Notes: generated from the letters alone by a model not told the origin. Shown: positions 1-13,575, numbered from the whole stretch's first letter. The stretch is 44,213 bases of DNA, filler included, from Jimgerdemannia flammicorona (GCA_003990765.1; 2 parts of 2 records of this genome joined end to end with filler, not necessarily neighbours in it); one strand, 5' to 3'. Translations and numbers: made by a program.

Positions 1-16
1 AAAAAAAAAAAAAAAA

Positions 17-450
17 AGAGGTGAATCTTGTGAATTTAAGTATAACTTATGATTACATTGTTGATGAATTCTATGTCTTAGTTAGAGATAAGTTCTTCTG
101 GAGGTCTATATCTGAGTGTGAGTCTATGGAGAAGGCCTATAATGGTTAAGATATGTAATTTCCATTGGGAAAGCCTTAGGCCACTTAGTTAGATATTCTA
201 CAAATATAAGAATATACTTGTTTCTTCTTGGTATAACTAGTAGGGGTCTAATTATATCTACTCTCCATCTCTGGAAGATATTGTCTAGTAGTATGATTGG
301 TTGTAATAGTGCTTGGTGGTTCTTTCTTCTTTAGTACTTCTGGCAGATGTCACATTTCCTAAATATGTTCTGGACTTATGTTCTGAGATTGGGCCAATAT
401 TGGTATATTGTTTGCAGCTTCTCTTCTATATTTACCTTTCCTTAATGGGC
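17..450 (-). pseudogene. Integrase N-terminal/core fragment
   Basis: Minus strand reads IDIIRPLLVIPRRNKYILIFVEYLTKWPKAFP, matching the retroelement integrase start (xDxxGPLP..GNxYILVxVDYxTKWPEAxP); boundaries approximate. Confidence 0.8.
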
Positions 451-559
451 TTTCTGATGTTCTTTTCAGATGAGATCTTCTTGTGTCTTAATAGTCTGAG
501 AAGCTTCCTTTAGGGTATAGTTCTTAGGTATACCCTTCTTCTGATTCATTAGGGTTGGT

Positions 560-1900
560 AGGAAAGTATATTAATATTGTTGTAGGCATTCCCTGCATTA
601 TGGATGATAGTGATTTTGTAATCCTAGAGGATGTGGATCCAGCAGGCTAGGATTCCAGTAGGTTCCTTGTAGTTGAATAGCCATTTAAGGGCTGTATGGT
701 CTGTTATCAGGGTGAACCTTTTTCTGATAAGGTAATGCTTAAACAAGGTGACTGCTTATATGACTGCAAGGAATTCCAATTTAGTGCTACCATAGTTCAT
801 CTGCTGCTGATTAGTAGCTCAGCTTGTATAAGCTATCATATAGTGTTGTTGGTCAAGTCTTTCTTGGACTAGAACTTCTCACAGACCATCTTTGGAAGCA
901 TCTGTATATAAGATGAATGGCTTCTGTAGATTGGGGTAGATAAGAATTTGTGCAATAGTTATACAGTACTTGAGTTTCTTGAAGACTTTCTCTTGTGATT
1001 CTGTCTATTTGTAAGGTACTCCTTTTTTGAGAAGAATTTGGATTGGAGCAGTAATTTGGACAAAATCCTTAATAAATCTTCCATAATAGGATACTAGTAT
1101 CAAGAATGATAGTGTTTCCTTCAGGGTTTTAGATATTGGCCAATTGTTGATCTTTTCAGTTTTCTTTAGGTATATGGATTCCTTTTTTCAAAAGGATGAA
1201 TTCAAGGAATTCAAGTTCTATTTCCCAAAGTAGCATTTCTTAGCATTGAGTCTCAGGTGGTTCTTGCAGGTGAGCTTGAAGAATTCTTCTAGGTAGTACA
1301 AGTATTCCTTGAAATTTACTGAATAAATGTTGGAATCATCCATGTATACAATCAGGCAGTAGTAGATAAGGGAGGTATAGACTGAATTCATCATCCTCTA
1401 GAAGGTGTAGAGTATATTGCAAAGACCAAAGAGTATTTGGAGGTATACAAACAGTTTTCCTAAAGCAAGGAAAGCTGTCTTTTAAATGTCTTTTGGATTC
1501 ATAGAGATCTCATAGAATCATACAAAAAGGTCCATACTATGGAAGTATCTGATATCTTGTAACTGGTCCAAGAGGTCATCAATTCTGGGCAAAGGGTAGG
1601 CATTCTTTTTAGTGACTGAATTGAGTTTTCTGTAATCTATGCAGCATCTCTATCCTCCTTTCTTTGATACAATAAGTTTGGGCTGGCCCAAGGGCTAGTT
1701 GAGGGTCAGATGACTCCATTGTCTAAGAGTTCTTGAATGTGCTCCTTTTAAAATATCTTTAGGTAATAGGGTATTCTATAGGGTTTCTGTCAGATGGGTG
1801 TTATATTTCCTATATTTATACTGTGGTAATTTGATGGATTATATGGCAGATTGCCATAAACAGTAGTGAAGATATCTTGATATTTGTTGAGAAGCTCTAC
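560..1900 (-). pseudogene. Gypsy reverse transcriptase and RNase H, degenerate
   Basis: [27 protein letters not shown] (~1565-1650), VYMDD (~1336-1350), FILYTDAS (~895-918), TDHTALKWLF (~677-706); boundaries approximate. Confidence 0.9.
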
Positions 1901-2361
1901 TAGTTATTGCCATTACTGGGATATCAATTCTTCTCTAATATTGATAGAAGGCTTCACTGTCTCCTAGGTTGAAGAGGGGTCTTTCCTTTCTTCTGAGACC
2001 TTTTGCTATTTTCTGATAAGTTTAGTTCATAAACTTCTCTATAAGTTTGATTGATTAATGGCACCAGATGTCCTATGATGATTCTCTTTGGCAAGATGAT
2101 GGTCTCTCAACTTTGATTAGTTGCTTGAGAGTGTACTGAATTCATCTTGTCAGGAAATATGTATTCTTCTATATCCAGGTATAGGATATCTTCATTGGGT
2201 TCAAAGAAGAGGTTTCTGGGTCAGGTGGTGCAAAGATTTCGAAGGTGGTTTGCTCTCCAGGCTCTAGGATGAGATTCTTGTGCAGTTTGACTAATTGGTG
2301 GTACACTTACTGGGGGACATTCCTCTTGAGGTAATTGACCTGAAGGAGAAGTACTTCCTTC

Positions 2362-2780
2362 TTATTTGAGCTTCCAAATCCTTTAGCTTGTCTTGTTCCT
2401 TCAATTAGTTCAGAGACTTCTTATAATTGCCAGATCTTGAATTCTATGAAGACTGCTTGAGCAATCTTCTGTCCTCTTAGGATTCAGTACCATTCTGTAC
2501 TACTGTTGTGTAGAATGACCTTGATTTCACCTATATATTCTGGGTCAATGGTTCCTCCTTCTACAGTTATTTCTTGTCTAGCAAGTCTAGACCTTGAGGT
2601 CAGTTGAATGTAAGTTCCTTGAGATAGCTGTATGGCTAGTCCAGTTCTGATCATCAGTGTACTTCCAGGCATGATAGGTTCATCCTCCATGCTGTAAAGA
2701 TCATACACTACATCTTCTTGGTGTGTTTTGGTTAGAGGTTTGGCCTTGGGATATAGTAGGGCATACTGGATAACATCCAT
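2362..2780 (-). pseudogene. dut: Trimeric dUTPase domain within Gypsy pol
   Basis: ORF 2484-2780 has YDLYS, SRSRL, GTIDPEYIGEIKV; the frame continues through stops to KIAQAV and QAKGFGSS (motifs 4 and 5). Confidence 0.92.
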
Positions 2781-4129
2781 ACTGAGTTTAGAATATCCTT
2801 GGGCTGAAGCTCTACTAGTAGAGAGCCTCTAAGCTCTGAGATTGAGGTGTGGCCATCTGGCTCCAGTAGAGGGATCTTAGAGATAATTGATTTCTCTTTT
2901 TCCTTTAGAGTCTAGGGCTTCCATGAAGTTGGTGACATCTTCTACCCATCCTTGATAGGTTGTATACCTGATGAGAGCTATGATGGCTTCTTCTAAATTA
3001 TAGATCTTGAGGGTCCTTCTTCCTGGCTTCTTGGTCTGGCTTTTTCAGATCTGGTCTCTATTATCTCCTCTCTTCAATGTGTGAATTATGACATTATGGC
3101 TGAGGTGAATCTTCTGATGTTTGCAGTCTTAGTAGTCTGGGTGTCTTCTATGGTTGCAATACCCCATTGCTCAGAAATGCCATTCCTGATTATTGATCTC
3201 TTGTTGTCTTGGGAATTGGTATCAATCTTGGTCATAAGTTGGAGGAAGAGTGGCTTAGGAATATACTTCTGTTCAGGTGAAGAGACCTTGTCCTCTGAAT
3301 CAGCTTTACAACTTGGTGGTAACTTCTTGAAAGATGGTTAACTATGCAACTATAGTTAGAAGTTCTAGTCTTCAGGGTCTCTGTCTCTCTTATTGGTCCA
3401 TGAGGTGGTACTGATAGCAGTAGTCTCAGAGAGAGTAGAATACTATTTGATGTGGACATCTTCCTAGCTGAAAGGCTCTTTCTTGATGTGTTTCTTACTT
3501 AAAAATAATGAGAATTATACTGGGTCTTTCTTCAATATTCCAGGGATCATTATCTTCAGGTAGTGTCCAGCAAGGATCATCCCAAGAAATGAGTTTGGGA
3601 ATATCTTCTTCTTTAGATACTTCTTGTTCAGGAATCTCCTGTTCAGTGGTTTCTTCTTCCTCAGATGATTCTTAATCCCAGATTGCTTATACTTCTGCAG
3701 CTTCAGCTGCAGTAGTTTTTGGAACATGTCTGTATTTCTTCTTTTTCTTCTGCACTCAGGGCAGACCATACCAGGTGAATTCCTTGTTCCAATGATTTTG
3801 GAGAAGTGCTTGGAGCACTTATATCTGTTGAGATAGGAAGGGCATCCTTTGATTTCTCCTACAATGGATCCAATGGTAATGGGGACAATGTTTTTGGCCC
3901 ATATATTGTCTTCTGGTCTGTCATCTATCAGATTGATTTGGGAATTCAGTCTGGAATCATTTCCATCTTCAGATTCTTCTTTCTTTTCTATGGTAGATTC
4001 TTTACTGCTGGCATATTCTTCCTGGATAGTGACCTTCTTCTTTTTCTTTAATTGGTCATAGCTGATTATCTTGACTCTGTACTTCTTGCCTCAGTAGTCA
4101 AACTTGAGTACTTGTTGACCAATATCAAC

Positions 4130-4420
4130 AACTATATTCATTTTCTTCATCCAGTTGATATTAAGAATTATGTTATAGGTGACAGCTTTGGTGACAACAG
4201 CTTTTGGGATAGAGAACTGAATGTATCAAAGGAAAATAATGATGTTTTGTACTTCTCTAAGGGGTTGAGTTTGGGCTCCATCTGTTACTATAATACTGAG
4301 ATTGGATGGTACATCAAAGGGCCATTGGAGGGTATCCAGGAATTATTTGGCAATGATACAGATAGCTGCTCCTGTATCAATGAGGATTTTTATCTTTTGT
4401 TCTCCAATATCTTTATATAG
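4130..4420 (-). pseudogene. Retropepsin aspartic protease
   Basis: Minus strand IGEQKIKILIDTGAAICIIA around 4350-4410; boundaries approximate. Confidence 0.85.
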
Positions 4421-5546
4421 GTAAGTGCTGACATGTCTCTCTATAGCCTGGACAGAGATAGAGACTAGTTCTTGCCATGGGATTGGGACTTGGTCAGTGC
4501 TAGACCTAGTGGTCCTCAGTAATTTGTTTCAGACTTCAGCTGGTATCAGTTGCAGGAACTGTAGGAGAGGGACTTCCATTTTGGCTTCTTGAATCTTTTG
4601 CTGGGCCTCATCATAGATGTCTCTAATTATGATCTTTGAGGTTTACTTCTTCTTGGTCCTTGGGGCAGCAGGTTTCCGTTCTTCTTATTCCATTTCTTCA
4701 TTCTTTGATGACAACTCATTTATCTTGGAGACAAAAGGTAAGAGAGTCTAGAGAGATATTTCTACTTGCTTCTCTTTATCTTCTTTATCTTCTTCTTGGA
4801 TGATTCTTCTGCTCATATTCCTGGATGGTCTTTCTATAGGTCTCTTCCTCTTCTCTGCTGGATAAACTGTCTTTTAGATGATGACTTTGGCTGGGTACAA
4901 GTATAGATCACTGTAGTCTTCACTATTGCTTTCTTCTTTGAAATCTTCAATAGGGTGAGCTTCAGTCTTCTTGTACTGAGTTTCATTCCTTCAGTTTGGT
5001 GGTTCTGATTCCTTTTGGTCACTTCTTCTGTTGTCACATTCTGTAGTATAGTGTCTGAATTATCTACAATGGAAGCATTGGACTTATGTCTTTTCTCTTA
5101 CTGGTGGCTCCTGTTATCTCTTGGTGCATAACCTTAATTCCTTCATGGGAGGTATCCTCAGTTATCTTGATAACTCTGATTTTTACATATGGTAAGTTTT
5201 TCAATCTGTCCAACCAATTGGTCCAACTTGGAGCTAAGGTCTTGGATTTTGCTTCTGTCCTTCTTTCCTTCTTTGGCTGGTCTTCTTTCCTCAGATCTTT
5301 TCTGTTCTTAGAGGAGTCCTTGTAGAGCTTTAACCAGGATGTCTTCTTTGTTATCCTTCTTGTCATAGTCACTCCAGATAGTTTCTTGTCTGATATTGAA
5401 GAATCCTTGAACTATATCTACTTGCTCTTCAGACCTTCTGATGCTTAGGGTGCAGATATGCTGGGCAATGTTCAGGGGAATTCCATTCATGAAGGTCATT
5501 AGACCTATGATATCTTAGTTAGTGGCATTGAATCTGGCTGCATACA

Positions 5547-5586
<40 letters not shown>

Positions 5587-5679
5587 GTCACTTGGACTTC
5601 TTTATTATAAAACTATCTAATACAACAAGACCCAAACTAATAACTACTATAACTACAAATACAAGGAAGGGCCCATCAA

Positions 5680-8600
5680 CCCACACCTTCTTTCCACTGC
5701 ACCCCCCTCTCATCAAGCACTAGGTGCTCCTAACTCCTCTGAACAATATCTAGTTCCTTTCTCATGGCCCCCAACTGGGGCCTCTTCCCCTGATATCACC
5801 ACCCTTACACTACTTCCAGAAGTAGCCCCTTCTACTGCTCCACCAATTCACCAATTCCCATCCAAGGATTCTTCTCCAATACCCATCACCAGTGTATTAC
5901 TATTAGGACCCAGATACTAATAATCTGGCCCAGGCCACTCCAAATGTCTCCAATCTCTTCCACCAGTTGCTGCTTGATCACCCAACTGGTGGGGCCCCCT
6001 GCTTGCTCACTCTTGCCACCCCAATAACTTTCTAACATCTGCCAAAATCCCTCAACCCCTGGACATGCTGCCATAATATGCTTGGGCATCTGCACCACAC
6101 CCCCATCCAGCTCACAACACCACTTACATTCCTTTACACCTTCAGCCTCCAACCATGCTGTCCTATATCTCAGCATGACATTCCTCTATATAAATCTCCA
6201 CCATACCACTCAGAACTTTGCAGCATAACCTTGAGCAAAGAGGTCCTCCAACCCCAAATCTGATCCTACTCCCAATCTTCCTCAACCCCAGCCTTCTGTC
6301 ATCCAACTGGCCACCTCTCAAGTGGACCCATCTGGATCCATTCCATCACCCCAGACAAAGAGTATTCCACCAACTAGTTGCCATCAATATGAATATCTCC
6401 AAGTTACCACCATCACTGCTCTATGTTCTCCTCTTCACCCAGCTCTGGACCTGTGAGTCCTATTGCAAGCCAAGCTTCTACAATATCTCACCAGAACTCC
6501 CAGTAGCACAACCTGCTAACCCTTCCAACCTGAAGTAAGTCTCACATGTCCTACTAAACCTCACTATGGGGGCAAAACCTGACTTCTCAATTGTTTATAG
6601 TCAGTTTGCCCCAACTATCTATTCCTAATTCTGTCAGTCAACAACTCCACCAGCTCTGAAGTATCTTCAGCTATCTCCTAAAATCCACCAGCCCCAATCC
6701 ACCATCTACTGTCTGCATCACCACTGTCTCCCAACTAATCTGTGGCCTTTGTCCATATCACAGCCATCTTTCTACCATCTTCTTCAGTTTCTGAACCACC
6801 CAATCTGAAAAATCCAAATGATATCCCAAATACTACAACTTTGGTAGCCAATACACATTCAAAACTACAATCCTCTCCACCAATGAGAAGCTCCTTCCTG
6901 ACCAGCTGACAAAAGCACTCTCCCACTTCTGTATTATTCCACACTACTACTCCTTCAGCAGCACTATCCAATATACTGAAAACAAAACACCTAAATAATG
7001 GACTGTCTCTCCAGTATGGACCAGTCACCCAAAATGTCCATGTTCTTCCAAATCAGCTCCAAGCTCCATAGTCTCACACTTGCTCCAATTCAGCTTTGCC
7101 CCTACCAGCCTCTCATACTGCCCTACCCCTTTCTGCAATCTTGCTACATCTGCCATACAGCCTAACCCAACCACCATATCATCAGTGAAGGCCCCCAGCT
7201 TCCCGACCACATCCCCTATCTTCAGTCTGGTAAGCCTCTCCTTCAGCCAAGCCAACAACAGCTCCAAGGACAAAATATAGAGTAGGGGCAAAATAGGATC
7301 TCCCTGTGGCATACCTCTCCCCAAGACAAACTCTGGGCCACTCCATCTATTCATTAGTACTACAGCCCAGTAGTCTTGCACTAGGCCCATCAGTTTCTGA
7401 GTCTCCACTATCCCAAATCCTGCCTTCTGCAAAACTGCCTCCAAATAGTTCTACCTCACCCTGTCGTAAGTCTTTTTCTGATCTAAAAACACTATTCTCC
7501 CATCTATTTGCCAGCTTCAACAGCCCTCCAAAATGTTTTGCACCCAGGCTATGCTGTCTCAGATCTGTCTCTCCTTCACAAACTCTTACTGTTCTTCATC
7601 TACCAATTGTCCAATCCATCATTGCATCCTCTCTGCCAGGATCTTAGAGACCAACTTCCTGTTCACATTCAGTAACATAATGGGCCACCAGTTCTGCCAC
7701 ATATGCCAATCCCCTTTCTCCTAATAGAGCAGAGAGACTAACCCTAAGGAGCCATTGCTGATCCAGCAATCTTCACTCAATATATAATTTGCTATTTCAA
7801 CAAGCCATCCCCTAAACTTAACTCAAAACTCCTTTCAGAACTCTCAAGGCAGTCCATCCTCTCCTGGTGATGAACCAGCCTGCACTTTCCTCAGAACCTC
7901 CAACACCTCCTCCAGGGCCACCATACCCATTACCACCCCACCTATCTCAGGTACCACTACTACTGACCAGCTGCCAACCAAATTGACATTATCCTCCACA
8001 GAAGCCTCTCTCCCCACCAGCCCTCCTCTGTCTTGCCATAGAGTGCACCATTGACCAGAGATCTCACTAAGTATATTAGCAATACCAGTAATCAACTCTA
8101 TCCTCTCACAATACTGAAGCCCAGCTATGCTGCACTCTCCTGGCCTTCAAGATTCCTGACAAGTATTTAGTGGGTTGCTCATCTTCTTTCAACCACCTCA
8201 CCTGCAGTCTTGCCAAAAGTCCATCTATCACCCTATCCTCTGCTGCCTTCAAATCCAATTGCAACTCAATCACCTCTCTGGCCAGCTAGGAGTGCCATTT
8301 CCCTGATAAGTCCTCCTTTTCTAGGAATTTTAGCTGCCAATGTAACCCCTGTTCAACTCTCCTCTCTCTATCCTTCTGCTCCCTCCCAGCTACCTCCCCC
8401 ACATTAGGTCAATAAGTACCTACCAAATGTTTAAATTTCCCCCACCATTGTGCTATTGACTGTCTACTGTTCTTCCACTGCATTACTTCCTGTTTCATAA
8501 TTACCACAAATTGGTCTCTCTTCACTTGTCTTTTGAGTAGTATCACATTGAGTTGCCATCTACCTCCACCTCTATTAACCATCTGAAACCTCCCACACAC

Positions 8601-9305
8601 CTCAACTCCCCAGTGATCTGATCAAGGACACCACTAGATATCTGTTGAATCCAATATATTATCCCAGCATTCTGCTATCAGAATCCAATCGATCCTCATT
8701 TCCACCAAGTCCTCTCCAACTGGGTGCCACCTAGTAAATGGCCCTGGTCTCTCCCCTTGACATTATCATACCCCATCAACCAGTTCCATATCCCTCTCAA
8801 CCTGAAGCCATCATGAAAGCCCAGCAGATACAGCTACACCAACTCCACCATCAGATCTATCTAATGTCCTGTCATGTACTATATTAAAGTCTCCACCCAG
8901 AATATCCAGCCCAACCTCATTGTGATCTCCCCAAGTCAGCCAACCCTCTACCCATTGGTTTCACTCCCTGCTAACTGCTGGCAGATAAGCAGAGCTGACC
9001 ACTAGTCTATCTCCAGCTCCTCCTTTCAATCTCCCCCAGACCAATTGATCACCATATATCTCAACCTCCTTCAGCTCACCTCTCTCCAAGCCAACCAAAA
9101 TGCCCACCTGCTCATTCCAACCTGTACTTCCATATTACTCTCTGCTCTAATCCTCATAATCTTGCTCCCCATAGACTTGAATATCCTGCAGAAATACCAC
9201 ATCATACCTCCTAACCTTCAGCCAATGAAATAGATGCTTTGCTTCACTCTATCATGCAAATCATTGATATTTAATAATAAAATAAGTTGACTGTTCATCA
9301 TCATG
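5680..9305 (-). pseudogene. LINE ORF2: APE endonuclease, RT, C-terminal Cys/His motif
   Basis: ILGGDFN..LDR (~8855-8905), SDH (~8613-8621), WQLN, SPGEDGLP, NWWPIMLLN, GMPQGDPILPLLY, FTDD, CKWCC..HIMAAC. Confidence 0.9.
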
Positions 9306-9309
9306 AATA

Positions 9310-11160
9310 GAAATGTTTAAAGCTCCACTGGAATCACCACCACCTTTTCAGCTCAACTACAGATTATTGCCCTCTGTTCTTCACAGATAGCCCTCCAGAT
9401 ATGGGTTCCATTCACACTACTGCAGAAGATATTCATTTACTCAGATGCCATCTTCCTGATGTCAGCCATATGGTCCTCATCTACCTCATATCCTTCATCA
9501 TTCAGAAGTGCTACCACCATCACTGTCACCAACTTCAGCCCCTGCAATGACATATAGTGGAACCCTTCCCACACCTCCTGAGATCTATTAAATACATCCA
9601 CTTCCTTAATGTTCTTCTCTGCAAGTTCCTCAAGCACTGCCTGATACCAGTCATCAGCCATTATTACCAGGGGTCTAGGGGTGGTAGACCTTGGAGTACT
9701 ACTCAGTTTTTGTAGCATCTCTCTATTCTCTGAGACATCAGAGACCACATCTACCAGGTCATCCTCCTCTACACCCTTCTCCAGCCACACCACTTCACCT
9801 ACCTCTAGATATTCCCAATGAATATTTACTACCCCTGCCATGTGAACATCCTCCAACTGAGTCTCTGACACTATCTCAACAACTTCCTCAAAACCCTCTA
9901 CATCCACCTCCTCTCTATCAGCTCACTTCCCCTTCACCAGTATATGAACTGAGTTCTCCACACCTCTCAATTACAAAAAGGACACCTCAGCCATCTCTAC
10001 CTCTTCCATCTGACTCTTGGCCATCTCCATCCTTTCTTCTTCCTCTACTTTCAAGCCCTGAAGGACTGTCTGCTGGTGCTTTCAGTTTGCCCTCTGCCAT
10101 CTCTTCCTCCTCCCATCCATCAGAATCCAGATCCAGTCCTTGGTGAACTCCTCTCATCTACTCTTCTACAATTCCTTTGCAGTCTCTCTCTCCTCTAGGG
10201 TGAGCAGAAATTCCTCCTCCTCCTATTCAGAACCCTTCCTTCTCCACACCTTGCACTCCTGCTCTCTAACACAAATTATTTCTGGCCAGTCCCTCCCTAG
10301 CCCTGTGGCCTCCTTGTCTTCCAGCCTCACCATCATCTCACAGTTGTCATTCCTCAGCTTGGTCCCCTCTCAGAACATAAACCCAAAGTCAACCATCTCA
10401 CTGAAAGCCCTCAGTATCTCTGCCATAATTCCCTTAGTCTCCTGTCTCTCTAGTATCAGCAGCCCCTCAATCACCAGATATATAGCACATGGATCCCACC
10501 TCAAGTATCTTGCCATACCAACTTTGATATTCTTGATGACCAGCCCTTTCTCCAAGGCTTTCACCATCTCCTCCTCCTCTATAAACTCTATCTCAACTAC
10601 CTCAGCCAAAGAGATAAACTTCAGCAACTCTACCCCAGTTATCTCCTCTCCCACTAGTCACAAGACCTCCCAAGCAGACATCTCCAGCCCCAAAAAATTT
10701 GCCAAGATGGCCCACATCAACAATGACTTGTAGAAGAAGGGGCACACCACCAGTTCACCAGAGCCTGCTACTATCATAGTCTTCTTCTTATTCTTGGATA
10801 CTCTAGCAGTCACCCCAGCCACTGACTCAGCCCTAGGAATACTGGTCTTAACTACACTACTTCCAGACCCCTGGCCCCTGACAGGCACCTGACCAGTCAC
10901 CTGACCAGTCACCTGGCCGGTCACCTGACTCCTACCCCTGTTAACACTATATTCCACCTGCCCCACCCCTATGGGCCTAGTAGCCACCCTTCTGCCCCCT
11001 ATCACTGTGTACTAACTCTCAATACTAACCTGCCTCTCCTGATCACCTATACCTCCAGCTCCAGCACCAGCCCCAGCTGCCACTGTGAAACTCCTTGGGA
11101 GACCCAGGCCAGGTCTTCTTCTCTCCAAATACTTAGAGCTTAATGGACCCTTAGTTGCCA
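9310..11160 (-). pseudogene. LINE ORF1 remnant
   Basis: Series of Glu/Val/Gly-rich minus-strand ORF fragments (10658-11005, 10370-10654, 9437-9907) upstream of ORF2 inside the TSD-bounded element; no diagnostic motif recognised. Confidence 0.6.
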
Positions 11161-12254
11161 TCTAATGAAAACTCTACAGAATTTGATGAAACTTATTGTA
11201 TACTGTAACTAGACTCCTGCTGTACCTTATACACCAGTATTGATGAAGTGAAAACTTGAAAATATATTGCTTTTCACAAAAAGATGTCTGTGTAGCTTAG
11301 CTCACTCCAAATGGTTTGAGCAAAAGAAGTCCTGTATGCATTCTCTTCTAGATTCTTATAAAGAATGCTCTGGGCAATTCTCCAAAGTTCATCTCATCTC
11401 TATGATGGATTCTTGAGCCTTGTGGTGGGTTTCATTCCCTGCATATTTTTTGATGAGCCAGTAGACTATGGCTTCATATTTTAGCTCATAAGATGCTGCT
11501 GCTTATATTTGTACTGCTATTTCTGAGTGTGGGTCTCTTGCTGTTCAGTGGAAAATTCCTCTAGCTGGTTCTCTGAGCTGGGCCTTGTAGATGGTGATTT
11601 TCCTTTCATCTGAGAGATTCCTCAGAGCAGTTATTTCCTCAATTCTATCAAGGAATTCTCTAGGATCCTCCTTCCAGATATCCTGTAAAAGTTGGTAATA
11701 AGGTGGCCATTTTATTATCACTTTCTTCTAATTCTAGTTCTGGTCTGGATTCTGATTCAGATTCTGACTCTGATTTGCTTTCTGAACTGTTACTGCAAAT
11801 GAGAGTACTTGGGTATCTTGAGGATGGTGTTCTGGATCTTAGATAAAGTGGAATGAGCCCAGGTATTTTTGAAGGAGCTATTTCCAATTCTGCAAGGACT
11901 AGTGATAAATGTTTAATAGGTGAGACTGGTGGGACTTCTCTGGAGTATCTAGCTACTGAATGCCAGACTTGTATAAAGAAATCTTCTAGTTCTTATACAA
12001 GTTCTTCAAATTGTCCAACAGGTCTATCTGTATTATCTGATTGATCTCACTGAGGATTTTGAACTATGCTGGCTTCTGGTTAGGCTTCTTCCAATACTAT
12101 ATAGTTAGCAAGTCTTAAAGTAATTACTTCTCTTCCTATTTAGATACTAGTGATGACAAGTTCTCCTATAGTGGCAGAGATTGGTGTTGTATCAAATATA
12201 TCCAGTTTGACTATAGGTTCTTGTGAGCTGAAAAATCACATTGATTTTGAAATC

Positions 12255-12272
12255 TTCCAAGTTGAGCCCCCA
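12255..12272 (-). promoter_or_regulatory. Primer-binding site, probably tRNA-Pro
   Basis: Minus strand TGGGGGCTCAACTTGGAA begins 2 nt after the LTR end; TGGGGGCTC is the tRNA-Pro-type PBS start. Confidence 0.75.
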
Positions 12273-12274
12273 AA

Positions 12275-13575
12275 TATAATATACCTGGTTCAATGGAGGC
12301 AAATTACAAAGTTGAGAGTTGATGTAGTTTGGCTTGAGCCCCTAGTTACTTTGTAAAAAAGTAACAAAATGTTTTAAGATTTCTGAGGTCCTTGGTATTT
12401 AGTAGTATAATAGTCAATCTGGATACAATGGTAGTTCCTCTGGTTATGTAGTGGTCAATTTATGTATTGGTTTTCTTATTGAGATGGATTTCTGAGTGTA
12501 GCAGTGATTTTGTTTGACAGATAGTCTTTATATAGCATAGTGATCTCTTTATACATAATGGTCTGGTAATTTAGCAGTTTTTCTTATGTGATTTCTGCAT
12601 GATGATCTCATATAGTATAATGATCTCTGTGTGGTATAGTGGGTCCCTTATATGTGATATTCTGGTAATTCAGTAGATAACTCAATTTGGCAAATAACTC
12701 AGTTTTGGTATGGATTCTCCTGAATTGGCAGCTTACTGGAAATAAAGAATAGTGCAAACTCTACTGAATCAGACTCTCTGAGAATAATACTTAAGTGGTA
12801 CAGATTCTTCTAAATCAGCTTACTGGGAATAGATAAATAACTCAGATGGTATAGATTCTTCCTGAATCAGTGGGTTTCTTTGGAAATAATAACTGGTGGT
12901 AGATTCTTTCTGAATCAGTAGCTTACTGGGAAAGGTTATCTTCTTGGCAAAGTTATATCAAAGACTGGCTTCATTTGTATGAACAAATCACTATAAAGTT
13001 GTGTCTAGTAGACTGGCTTATGGTAAGGTTCCTTAAGGCTCTCTGGGAATATAGATAACCCAGAATTAGTAGCTTATTCCTTAAGTGGCAGATTTTTCTT
13101 CAAAAGGTAGTGAAGTTCTTCCTTGAACTTTGGCAGCAAATCTTCAGACTTATCTGATAAGTGAATCAAGGCTTTGTATTGGAAAGTAGACCAGAGTGGG
13201 AATAAGGAGACCAATGCTCAATCTTTAGAGGCTTCTTTGGTTTGTACTTCAATTTGGACTAAGGTTTATTCACTCTTGTCTCTGAGGTATTTTATATATT
13301 GTTATTGATATCTGATTACTATCTGGATAATTATAGATTCACTACTTCTGGTAATATTAGGGTGTGTCCTCAGGATATAAGTGTGTCTGCAGGATATAAG
13401 TATATCTATAGGTTATAAGTGTATCTGCCAGATATAGATATGTCTTCAGAATATAGATAAATAACTCTGATTCAGTATCCTAGCTAATTATAAGTATAAT
13501 ATATATGAGTAACTATGCTATACTGAGGATTTATATCATCTGGCTATGTTATACTACTTGTACTTACTTGTCACA
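12275..13575 (-). repeat. 5' LTR of the Gypsy element (~1.3 kb)
   Basis: Alignable at both ends and internally with 13952-15283 (e.g. GTTTGGCTTGAGCCC, TTTAGTAGTATAATAGTCAATCTGGATACAATG, CTTGTCACA); adjacent to PBS. Confidence 0.85.

Larger units (their letters stand above)
5552..11331 (-). mobile_element. Full-length degenerate L1/Tx1-type non-LTR retrotransposon (~5.8 kb)
   Basis: 32-nt poly(T) at 5552-5583 (poly(A) tail on minus); TSD CTGCATACATTCTC (5538-5551) versus CTGTATGCATTCTC (11332-11345), differing by two transitions; ORF1 and ORF2 remnants. Confidence 0.92.
4700..11710 (-). pseudogene. Gypsy gag, split by the LINE (5' part ~11332-11710, 3' part ~4700-5551)
   Basis: Starts MATLLPTFTGY (~11710); Cx2Cx4Hx4C knuckle CFHCR*FRHYTTEC at 5036-5077; removing the LINE and one TSD copy restores one frame (MNFGELPRAFFIRI*KRMHTARFNATN*DIIGLMTFMNG). 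Confidence 0.8.
17..13575 (-). mobile_element. Degenerate Ty3/Gypsy LTR retrotransposon (5' LTR-PBS-gag-PR-extra region-dUTPase-RT-RNaseH-INT), 3' part runs off the window; interrupted by a LINE
   Basis: Manual minus-strand translation gives CCHC knuckle, LIDTGA, dUTPase motifs, YMDD, YTDAS, TDHTALKWL and an integrase-like core in Gypsy order (RT-RH-INT); many stops and frameshifts. Confidence 0.92.

Noticed and set aside
9691..10733. Long Ser/Pro/Leu-rich plus-strand ORFs
   Set aside because: Antisense shadows of purine-rich LINE ORF1.
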